NCBI GenBank assembly: GCA_965644265.1
Contig: OZ286459.1
Span: 80,600,001 to 80,664,000 of the forward strand
Direction of reading: 5' to 3'
Source: Glycera tridactyla
Lineage: Eukaryota
Length of the DNA: 64,000 nt
A program made the position numbers and the translations under genes. The notes beneath the pieces were generated by a model that ran no database searches, had not been told where the DNA came from, and saw only the letters and a list, made by a program, of their open reading frames with translations. Below are positions 14,201 through 26,500 of this stretch, piece by piece (positions within the stretch are counted from its first letter, which is position 1; each line of letters starts with the position of its first letter).

Positions 14201-14396
14201 AACCAACGATCTAAATGACTCACGAAAGTCAGACACAAATACCTCCTTGCTCTGATTATCATTATAGTATCTATGAAAACGGTATTTCACGAAAATCCAA
14301 GAGCAATCCCCAATCATGGGTTTTCTTGGATAAAGTCAGATCTCTGTTCAGAGAATAATCATGAAGTTTGATGAACGAGCTGCGATGAAATGATCA
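8200..14396 (-). other. Probable long talin 3'UTR (distal end uncertain)
   Basis: AT-rich, almost repeat-free stretch after the stop, with no convincing ORF. Minus-strand AATAAA at 8223-8228, 9176-9181, 10753-10758 and 11261-11266. Confidence 0.5.
9488..9589. mobile_element. Short palindromic MITE inside the putative 3'UTR
   Basis: 24-bp TIRs (22/24), TA on both sides. Confidence 0.85.
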
Positions 14397-14543
14397 CTAA
14401 AATGCCGAGCCAGAATCGTCGTCATCAGCATCGGATGACACAGGATGATCCTTGTACTTGGCCTTGTATATGCCCTCTAAACGCTTCCGTGCTGTGGCTA
14501 ACTCCTTCTCTTTCCGTAAGATTTCCTCCTGCGCATTGATTAT
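14397..14543 (-). CDS. TLN: Talin last coding exon (dimerisation helix): IINAQEEILRKEKELATARKRLEGIYKAKYKDHPVSSDADDDDSGSAF*
   Basis: cttttacag|ATA; TAG at 14397-14399; matches human IIAAQEEMLRKERELEEARKKL. Confidence 0.95.
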   Translation of the reverse strand: MINAQEEILRKEKELATARKRLEGIYKAKYKDHPVSSDADDDDSGSAF

Positions 14544-17500
14544 CTGTAAAAGNNNNNNNNNNNNNNNNNNNNNNNNNNNNNNNNNNNNNNNNNNNNNNNN
14601 NNNNNNNNNNNNNNNNNNNNNNNNNNNNNNNNNNNNNNNNNNNNNNNNNNNNNNNNNNNNNNNNNNNNNNNNNNNNNNNNNTGATAATTGATGCTATTAT
14701 CATTGACCTTGAGTGGAATGCAGTTTACATGTCCCCAGTAACTGTTATTGACAGGTCTGCCTAAAGGCTCTTGAAGAAAGGCCACAACGCCATCTGTCTG
14801 ATTTATCCTGCTCTCTTACTGACTTCTAGTCCAAATGTCCGAACCAACTGACCAGAAATGGAATTTACTGACTTGTTACTCACTCTTGAGAAAGTTGGGG
14901 AATTCCTGACCTTTTACCGACCTGTGGGGCCCTGAAAAAAGTGTCTGATGGGTGAACCCACTTCAGGGTCTTTAGTGTCAGGGTGAAGGTCAGGTGAGGG
15001 GTGTATTGCAAGATGCAGTGAAATGCAGGGACCCTCCGAGTACCTTCACTGGCCTGACACAATCAGTCTGCTGCACAAACATTTTGGAGGCTGACCCACC
15101 AATAGACAGAATGACTCCAATATAGCCCCTCCTCACAACTTTATTTTGGAAGGGGCTATAAAAATTTACACATCATAGATGTAACAGACTAACTGGTTGA
15201 TTCATACCTGTGCCATGCCGCCCACTACACGTTGATTAACGCTGATCGAGACCTCCTCCTCGTATGTTGTTACACCCTGCTTAGCGGCAAGAGACGCTTT
15301 CACCAATGCATCAGTGGCCCGTTTAACAGCATTACCAGCAGCCTAGAATCAAACAAACATAATTTGCTTAAAGTTTATAAGGCAAGAGAAATGTTGGTGG
15401 TCTTGATTATACTTTGATCTCATCCATAATGTGATGAAGACGCCATGAGGGGAGCATTGATACCATGAGCATGACCTCAAAAACAAGGTTGAAGTATCAC
15501 TCACTAGAATATACAGTCAAACCTGTCTATAAAGGCCACATAAAAAAGTGGTCTTTATAGGCAGCTGGTCTTTATAGAGAAGTCATTTACGATTGAAAAT
15601 AGAATCATGGTCACAGCTCAGGGTGGGCTTTATATGCACTTGTTCTTCATAGAGAAGTCATTTACTGTTGAAAATATGGTCATTCATTGGGGGTTTCTAA
15701 TTACAGGTTTGACAGTACATGACTGACTGGCAGAGGGTATGTTGGAGATTCATATCAGCCATATTTGGCACATGTTACGACACATGTTACGTACCTGTAA
15801 CCGATTCATGGCCGCCGATCCTGGATCCGCCTTCACCCGACATGCAACAAGAAGCTTGGCAGTGTTACTAGCGACCAGTTTCGCGGAGGAGATGAGCTTC
15901 TCTTCGCTGGCGTGACCTTGCATCAGGGCATTCGCCGCATCACACAGACTCTGCGTGGCGGCCGCAACCTCCTTGGCCGCGGATATCAGACCCTGCGACC
16001 ACTCACTGTCATCATCAGCATCATTGTTACTGTACTGACCCACCTGTTCACAAACAAAAACAAGATGCACTGAAAACATTTATCCCTGATACACCATTAG
16101 AGGAAACATATCACTGCAAGGAGAAAGATGTGACTCATAACCTAATATGTGACATATTTTATCAAAGAAAGTGAGTCTCGGTCAATTCTGCGATGTGATA
16201 ACAAAAAGAGATCAGACCAAAAAATTATCGCATTCGAAGAATTTCTGATACAACATAATAATTCAAACGATGAGATTACACTTCCCACTATAATGGTATC
16301 ATCTGGCAGTATTGAGCAGAACACATCCAACCTCAAAGCTAGAAGCGGCTCAGCAATATTCAAATACAAATAATCAAATTTCAGAGGCGAGAATACTTCT
16401 GGAATTCCGGAAAATTTCAAACTTGCATCATCAATGATGAAAGTTGAGTGATTAGAATGATGACATGCCAAGTACAGGTGAATCATAGTGAACAAGATAT
16501 GAGGTGATTCCCCCACAGAGAACCAAGGCGAGAACATAATGCCCCTTCATTGTAAGCACCAGCGGGGCACAAAAATACTCAGATGGGATGGACACAAACT
16601 TGGGACAAGTTATTGCTGAGCTCTTGTCTCATTCTGTGCAGGTCTGACAATATATCAGGAGTACCTACCTTTCCTTGGGCAACGAGCTCACGCTGTGCAG
16701 CAGTAGCAGCTTTGATGAGCGCCCCTGTTGCCGCAGCGATGGATTTGGCAGCCTCCACAATTTGCTCAGCAAATGTCAGATTCTCATCCACTGCCTGAAA
16801 AATGATCAGATTGAAAAAAAAAACTTATTAATATGGAAAATTAACATTTGATCAATTGATTCACAGGAAAAATGACGATTTCAGCCAGAATGAAGAAAAT
16901 ATGGAAATTCTCATGGTGGGGTTTGGCATATGTGCCAAAAAAGCAGCCAGCTATTCAACTAATATGCTGAATGTAATTTATCATTATCATCACTATCTTA
17001 TCATCATTATCCTTTTTACATGATTATCATATTAATCCTCCATGCAGGGCAATCCACATGTTGGTAGAACTGACTGCTGTCCTTATCCTGATACAACTGT
17101 TTGTATACACAAGGGGTGAATACAAAAGCCTTTTTTTCATCTCAGGCAGACCCTCCTACATATCTACATCATTATCATTGTTATCATTACAGCATGATAT
17201 CATGGCTGCTCAAATAGAGATTTCAAGGGAGACTATTCTACAAATGTGGGGTTACTCTCTACATATTGTTATTCATGCTGTCGTTATGAAATTCATAATG
17301 TAAATTTACTGCAGGTACAAGACTTGCCTTTCATCAAACAGCAGCCTATCATCGATCATTGGTAGGGTGACTTATGTCATCCTTTTTTTTCTAGATACAA
17401 TTTTTTGCAATAGTATATTCTTGTTAAATTCTGCAGCAGACTGGTGATGCAATTTGACAATCATCAGAAACATCACAAGACAAATGCAAAAAGCTGGACG

Positions 17501-19953
17501 GTTATATTGCAGGTGTAAAAGATGATCCATAATAGTTGAATCTATCCAGAAGCATGCTTGCAGTCGCAAGCTGAAGTATGGTTCAGGACTGAACTGCACA
17601 AAACATCACCGTCAAAAGGATCAAAATACCGAAAACCACAATCACAACCAGAGGGACATGCAGGGCTACTCCTCTTTTGGCAATCTTAGAGGTGCACCTC
17701 CAAATTTTTCGAATAGATTTATGGCATGACATGCAAATCAAGAATGTTTCTGTGTAGCTATTAATTACATGTACATTTTAAAAAGACCTCCAGTCTTTTT
17801 AACATCACACATGGGTGTCACACAGAACCCTCTAAAAATATGGAATCCAAATTAAGTTAGCTGGCATAGAGAGCTTCATCCAGAAATCTATTTAGTGATA
17901 TCATTGGCAGAAAGCTGCGGTATAGTCAACGCAGTCCAAAAAGTAACCATTTCTTTCTTGGCAATGATGTCATGTGATACAAGCTAAAAATTAAGCCGGC
18001 ACAAACTTCTTTTGCAGATCAGCTTTTTTGTATGAATTAGTAAAATGAAATACACCTCTGGGGAGTGACCACCTTTCTTGAATGACTGTATTATATGTAT
18101 TTCATTGTTGATTTCACCGTCATCAAATTTCTATTGAATGGTTTATTGTTTTGAATTCCCCAAATCAGTACTGAAATAGAAAAACTGCATCACAAGTAAA
18201 AGTGTACTGACGGAACATGTCCCAAGTGATACTGAGTAACAACAAGACACCGAACCACACAACAATTTGCTTGATGACAACATGCAAACTATCTTGACTA
18301 CAAAGGTGCAATCAGTGGAGAGAAAACCAAGGAAGCCTACACATGTCCTCCAAAAACTGGCAGTAATGGAATCAGAGGAGTCAAAAACAAGTCAACACAG
18401 AGACAGGCACATGCTCAGAAATCATGGCAATCTGCTAGCGGCACGAAAAACAGCAAACACTCATCAGAAATCAGGAAGCCTATCTAATAAATGGAGGCAC
18501 AACAAAGAAAACTACACACTTATTGGCAGTGACACAACATCCAGAGTTGGAGATGGGGAAAAAGAGCAAATAATCAGAGTTCAAGGGAACCACCCTGACA
18601 TAAATGCTATCACCAGGGATTTCAAATAGGGATGGGGGTTTGAAATGCTAGGGGGTTGTTGCCATACTGAGGATTCAGTTTCAAATCCATAAATAGGAAT
18701 AAGATGATTTCTGAGAATTATATATTCCATAACTGGGAGGTCCTAAGATTCCAAGCCTGATTCCAGGTGATGTGAACTTGCAAAGTTTATGCAATTGAAT
18801 CTTTTACTGAAAGTACTGTGAATCACTTTCTCCTTCAAGACATATTTTATCTTTATTCCCCAGTGATAGCATTTGAATTGGTCAACCCTTGGAGGACACA
18901 ATCACAAGAAAACAAGGTGAAAGAATGACACAATCATGCTTAGAGCTGTATGCCACATATTACCTGGTGTGTGATCCCACCGATGGAGCGGACGAAGGAC
19001 TGGGTGAGTGAGGTGACGTGAAGTGATGGCTTGGTAGGGAGTCATGTGATTCCATGTGACTAGGGCTTGGGGTCATGTGATTGGTGTGCAATGCATGTGA
19101 GTGGGAATCTTGTTTTGCATCTATAATTTCTAACTTACTAACCCTGTTTTGCTTCCCACTACCCCCACCCCTACCTCCCACCCATCCTTTGCCCAGTATG
19201 ATAAACCATAATTCATAACACATGCTTATTAAAACAATACCATACATGAATGTGTGCATCACTAGTTTTTTAACAATTACAAATGGACTCATGGATGCTA
19301 CCCTACCACATGTGGGCCTCATTTCCTATGGGAATTACTGTCTAGGTACTAAAAATCTTGTTATGTTAAAATTATGGAAAGACTCCATTTCCCTTTTCAT
19401 GACTGGATATGTGTGTAGCTAAATTTAATATTAAACCAAGATGATTTAAGCACAGTGTTTGAATGCAGGGTAACGGCATTCATCTCATGCTCTTCAACAA
19501 CCAAATTCTCCATTCGGTGATGGTCAGATGTTTCAGTACTAAATGGCTGATGAATTTGAGCATTATCCCAAAATCAGAATGATAATGGTACTGTACTTTG
19601 GTACTGAAATAAAATACATCTGCCACTGGGCAGACAAAGGTGATTGATCGATTGATTGATTGAATGATTGTTCCGTGTTTCAGTGATGCCAATAAAGTGA
19701 GACAAAACTTGAAAAAAAAATTCAGTATAGTATTTTAATTTTGTCAAAATTTGTGAATTCCCAAAAATTTGCATGACTGGTATTCAACATTTTGTGAGCA
19801 CCAGGTGAGCTATATTGAGATGCACATGTGATGGGCATCGCTGAGACACAAAGTGAGAGGATGAAATGAATTACTGTGCATCCAACAAAGGCAATGTACA
19901 TAATCATCTTGGTTACACATTGAATGGTCAAGTGTGAGTGGATAATGTAAGAC

Positions 19954-19992
<39 letters not shown>

Positions 19993-22900
19993 GTGAGTGA
20001 GTGAGTGAGTGAGTGAGTGAGTGAGTGAGTGAGTGAGCAAGTAGGCCACAAGCGCGTCGGTCGGTGAATGGCTTGTGACACATGAAGTGTTGATGGCACT
20101 GTACCCTCCATGACATGTTTGATAATCGGTGTCCACACAATCAATGCCACCAAATATATCAAACATATCTTGAAGAGGCCAGTAACTCTCTGCAGTCGAC
20201 AACCGTGATGAGAAGCGAGGAACCTCAACGACTGCTCTCCACTCCAACTCCGCATCGTCCTTGAAGTGACCTCTACACCACAGGTGTCCAAATATCTGAT
20301 CTAAACATGATACTAATCTCCAAAACTGTCAAGCGGCCTTCTCACCATTAAAAAAAATGGCCTGATGTACCACATACCATATCAAATATATGTGCCAAAT
20401 ATCCACATGAAATTATCAATATGGTTGCTGCAAAATATATTGGACTGGCCCCCTCCACTGAGTCCACTGCTTGATCTCAATAGATACAAAAGGTGACCAG
20501 TCAACTAAAAATAAAAGTTTTAAAGATATCAATGAAAGTCTGTGATATCAATCATTTCATGATGACTGCATCTGCAATTGTACAGACAAATATAAGTTAT
20601 GGTACCAGGCAGTTCTTTTGTTATGGATTTGAGGTCAAATGATAAGCTAAGAAAAATCCTACCAAGATATCACATCCCTGAATTCAGTCACAAAAATGTA
20701 GATGAAAAGAGCTGAGATTCCCCTTGCTACACTCATCTAGCATTGGAAAAGGGGCTAAGCTCAACTTCATCAATCATTTTGATACCTGAATTCAGAAATA
20801 GGGTGCTGTGATCAATGCCAGAAGAGAAGAGAAATATTCTGATCCTCTGCGATCAGGTCCACAGATAGAAATATCTTCTGATGATGTGAAATGCTGCTCA
20901 CACTTTTTGATACTACCACAAACCACTCAACCCCACCACTATCTACCCCACTTTAAAATACCCTTCCTTTGAACCACTTCAAGTTATTCCTTCTATACAT
21001 CTCCAGAGGAGTTCCCTGAAAAACTAAACCCTACCTCAAGAACAAACATGAACAGAACTGGTTGTGATACAACCAGACGACCTTGACACTATCCAAAACT
21101 CCCTAGCTAACATAATAATTGGAGCTGAAATGCAGACTACATGAGTATTAGTTCAATTTACAGTAGTACAACATACGAACACTCATGCAACATCTGATGA
21201 ACTCACCTTGGGCAAACGTCTTGGCTGTAGCTGCTCCAGTTTCTTTGCCGCGGCTTCGATGGAATTGGCGGCACCGAGCAGTTGCGCTTCAGCGATCACA
21301 ATAGGGTCATCTGGGTCAACCCAATCAGATCCTTATGGATAGAAGAAAAAGAATCCCAACATTAGACATGAATCTCAAGTGAAGTATCTCAAAATTAGTC
21401 TAATGAAAATGTTTCAGTGATGTGCTTCTCTTCCCCCTAGTTTTTTTCAGGTGATCTGTATGATCATTTTACAGGATAACTGGCATAAATATAGAACGGC
21501 ACTTGTTGTGTGAGGTCAAAAATGAATGGCACTGATATCAAATTGGTTGAATAATGAGATTTCCATCAGTGATAATGTGCTGTGCAAAGATTGATAAATA
21601 GTTGACATACATCCATGTCTTTTTCAGGGTTCTGAGAAAAATATGCCGCCAGAATCTTCAGGGAATTTTTTCAAGTTCATCACCCAAAATCAACACAATG
21701 AGTACTTATAATGAACTCTACATTCAGTTTATTCTCCTGATTTGACCGAATATGTAAACAAAATTTTAACGAAAATGTAGATACACTCCCCACCAAATAT
21801 TGGATGAAATACTATTATAACTGTCATGTAAAACTTTTCATTTTTTATCTTCAATTCATGAAGTTAATTTCAACTTTTCAACTTTTCTGGCAATGGGGGA
21901 AATATCTCAGAATTCTGGCCTTATGCTATTATGATATCGGTCTTTTGTTACAAGTATGGTATGCATGATATAGTGAACAATTATTTGGTGCACATGGTCA
22001 GAACTTGTCTTGTGCATATCTCTCTTCATACATGCATATGCAGAATCATATCATATGACTTTTGATTACACCCACCGCATAGGACATTCGATATCTAACA
22101 CCGCTGAATTGGAGACGAGTGAATATGATGCATGATCAAGCACACACTTTGTTTCACCATAGAAACACATTTCTATCTACTTCAGTTCTACCATCTTCCC
22201 ATTCAAATGTACAACAAACAGGCAGGGACATTAAGCGGGTGAACACTTTCATGAATGGGGATACAATCATATCATGGTAGTCTGTCAGGCAGCCTCTGAC
22301 ATGAGATGAAGTGAATCTGGTGTCATGTGGTTTCCTGAATAAATGCATTGGGGGAAATCCACACATCTGGTCTTAAGAAATGGCAAGCTGGACTTGTGAA
22401 AGTGTGCATGTACAAGAATGCACCTCAAGCCCTGATTGTACATTGTGCAAGAGTATGTGGGTCTGGCCCATCCTTCCTGATGCCTACTTGGTCACTGAGC
22501 TTTCAATGTGCATGAATACACAAGGCTTGTAGGAATCAGTGGTATATTACACAAACATATACCACTCTCATCAAACACGATGCTTGTTTGGTTATAAATT
22601 CACACACAGCCTTTTCCCATCCAGGATGCAAATATCAGGATTTGTTACATATGTCAGTGGTGGCAATAAGATGGAGCCGAATTTCCACCAAAAAAATGGC
22701 TGAATTTCTTCATCTTTCAACACAAACTCAAACGTATCTGTTCCTAAACATCTCAATTTTGATTTTCAATCCAATTTTGGGGATCCCGAAAATTTCTCAT
22801 AAACCTCTCAACACCAATATTGTTATCCTGCCATACAGTGCTGCTCTGAAAATTACAGTTGAACCTGCAGTAAGTAGTCACTGTATAATATAACAACAAG

Positions 22901-23505
22901 CCTTAAGCAGCCAATCAAGGCATTTCCCATGGGAATAATTGACCAGAAATTAACAGCCAACTTTCTTAAATGAAGCCACATGTGGCCTTTCCCAAAGGTA
23001 GCCGCTCAATACATGTTTGACCATAATCAATAAGGGAAATCAATGACACCTCAAACAATTTTGAATGAGTCAGAAACCATCTGATAGACCACATCTAAGT
23101 CCTAGACACACGGCACAAATTTAGCAGAACAAAAACTGACATACAGATAAAATGTCATAGAAAAACAATACATTCAAAGCGGCAAATAAAATCATGTACC
23201 AGCACTAGGAATTGCAGATTGAAAAGCGGAAATAAACTCCACTAAACTGACCAAAGGTGAACCTGGAAAATGTGTACTATAAAATGAAACTGAGCAAGAA
23301 ATAAGTACGAGCTCTACAGTCACGATCTACGCACACTGCAAAATGAAATGATGGCAAACAAAAAATCATGAATAGCTGACTACTTCTGAAACAGGAGGGA
23401 TATTCATACACTGAGGTCTAGCACAAACACACATGCAGGTCTCTGTCTCAACACACAGACCCCGACACAAACACAAACACAGATTCAGACACACATGTTC
23501 GCTCT

Positions 23506-23550
<45 letters not shown>

Positions 23551-26500
23551 TCCCCATACAGGTCTCTCTCTGNNNNNNNNNNNNNNNNNNNNNNNNNNNN
23601 NNNNNNNNNNNNNNNNNNNNNNNNNNNNNNNNNNNNNNNNNNNNNNNNNNNNNNNNNNNNNNNNNNNNNNNNNNNNNNNNNNNNNNNNNNNNNNNNNNNN
23701 NNNNNNNNNNNNNNNNNNNNNNNNNNNNNNNNNNNNNNNNNNNNNNNNNNNNNNNCAGACAAAGAATAGTAACTAAATCCCATTTGCCAGTCTGACGACC
23801 AGTCAATGAGTGGTGTGCAGATGGCGGCAGTGTAATCTGCGCCAAGTCTGTCGGCTGTGGTGTGCATATCACAACACATCACAACATGGAGACATGTTTA
23901 GTAATCAGTACAGAACAAACATAACTGTGATGGTTACCGTCATGAGTCTTGGTCAATTCTGCGATGCGATAACAAAAAGAGATCAGACCAAAATATGGCA
24001 CATTGGTTAGAAACAACAATCAAGAAACAGAAACACACGGCATCAACACCAACATTTATAACAGAGCTGGTGGGCAACTCAATAACTGCACACTGCTGCC
24101 AGAAAACGCTCATCAATACCATTTTAAAGCTAATTACAGTAATGACAAAAATGAGCCAAATTGAAATAATTTCAAATGCAATTGTATGCTCATATTCTTC
24201 TAAAAACGAACTAGGGCAATTAATGACTCAGGGGCTGCAGATATCAATTATCATTATACTGCTGGTATCATAATATTGAAATTAGGCAATAAATTGACTG
24301 AATTAGAGTATTTTCGTCATGATTATAATAATGTTAATGGAACTTACAATTTCTAAAGTCTGTACCATGATGAGAATGCACAGTTTCTTCTATATTTAGC
24401 AGCAGGAATTGCTCTTTTGGAGAATGAATCATTCAAGGTATCATATTTGTTTGTTTGGAAATTTATAGCAGATGAAAGCAGAGATCAAATATATTCTGTG
24501 CCAAAGGTATAAATGAACACTGAGGCATCTTGTACAATACTGAACGTGATAAAATCTCTGCCCTACTTGAAGAGATGTTTCTTTTAAGTTATTCTCAACA
24601 GAAAATGTGCATGTTTTTTGTTATTGCTTGAGTTGTCACCAGCTCTGGATATGAGACTGCGATATGCAGGCCCATGGGTTATGACAAAGTGTACATTACA
24701 GTTGAATGATTACTCTTCAAATACGACTTGAAAATAAGAATCAACTTTGGCAATCAAACACTCAAATGATAACAGAAAGCTGATCAACCAAGAGTAAATT
24801 AACATGGTTAGTCCTCGAGTTGAGTTGAGTTGGTCATTTCACTGATATGGAATAGGATGGAATAGGGTGAGTTCCGCTCAAATGTGGTGGTAACATGGAT
24901 GTGTAATGTTCAATTTTTGAGCTACACTCATCTTCTAATAGGAATGACTAAACTGTAATATACAGTGAAGCCACTCTAGATGTCACCAAAAAGCAGTTGT
25001 ACAGAACAGTTGGTTTCTTTCTGGAGGTATATCTGACTATGTCAAATGAAGAAAGAGTCCCAAAATGTGGTCTCTCAAAACTTGTGGTCTCCTATGAGCT
25101 GGCTTCTCATCATAGGCTCTACTGTAGTGTAGAAAAGCCATGCCCATGGAAGACAGGGGTCTCTGATCAGACTAAATGTTTGAGAGACCAGTTTTGGGTG
25201 GTCACTCATTTCAGGTTTCACTGAATCTTCCACTGGCAAGCTTCCTCGCTTTCATATCATGGATATTCCCTTCAAAATGATGTGGAAGATAACACAGACG
25301 GTCCCTCATTCCCTACAGCCAATGACACTTCCATGGTATAGGACAGTGATTACTCATTGCAGCAATTGAGTTTGACAATGTGAAAGCTGAGTACCTTCAA
25401 AATTGTTAGAAATGAAAATTATGAACAAATACAATAATGCCAACATCAAATATAAAATAATGAGATTTTTCCATGCTAGTGGTCCTTCCACTTTAACTGA
25501 TTTACTGAAACAACTGAATGAATTTAATGGAATAATGGTTACTTCCACCCATACCTAATATTGACAGGAAGAAGTGACCGAGCTATGCATTTGAATCGTG
25601 AAATCCAATGATACTATCCAGAATACTAGTCATTAGCGCACAAGGGTGCATCCCACAATAAATATCTGCACATTAGGATTTTTTTCAAATGCAACATGCA
25701 AGTGACTTGTTTTATTGTACAGTGGAACCGGCGACCAATGCTGCCAAAGAAATGAAACAAAATCTTTGTAAATATGATCAAATTTCCAACAAAAACACCC
25801 CAACATACTCTCAAAAGTATATTTTGTTCTTAGCCTTTCAGTCAAATTGCACCAAGCTCTTGATTTCAATACTGTATCAAATTTCCGTGATTTGACAAGA
25901 AAGTACCTGTTCTTAGGAACAATTTTGATGAATTCACCATTTGAGTTTGCCGTTTACTGATTGAATTATACTCAATCACTGTCAGATTTTGCAACAAATA
26001 TTAGTGATGGTTGCTCAATTGAATCACTTCATTGTAGTTTTTTTTCACATGTCTAGCAACCTGGGGAATGTGGATATGCATTAATTTGATTTAGTTTTTT
26101 TAAATTGAATTACTATTTAATTTCATCAATCCATCATGTCCTCACGAAATTATGAACATATGAACACTATTTTTTCTGCATACTTCATGAAGGGAAATTC
26201 ATTAAATGGATAACACAAGTATTTGTGATCAGGAAAAGATAAGAGGGTTATGTATGAATTAGTGATATTGGAACAAGGGTGCAGTGATGATTACGGACTA
26301 GATAGTGCATACAAATTCCACCAGATGGTACTTACCTTTGATGGCTTCAGCTGCCTGTATGAGTGCAGTCACACTGTATGCAACCCTCTTGGAGATTTCC
26401 GCTAACTTCTGACGATTCTCCGGGCTCGGCTTTTGGAAGATCTGCAAGCAGGATCACAGCAGAATGAAAGTTATTTCACAACCGTTGTGAACATGAGTAT

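Noticed and set aside
19722-20330. Long minus-strand ORFs (189, 145 and 70 aa) as a nested gene or alternative terminal exon
   Set aside because: All three frames stay open because the tetranucleotide microsatellite has no stops on that strand; there is no recognisable homology, no good donor and only a weak acceptor
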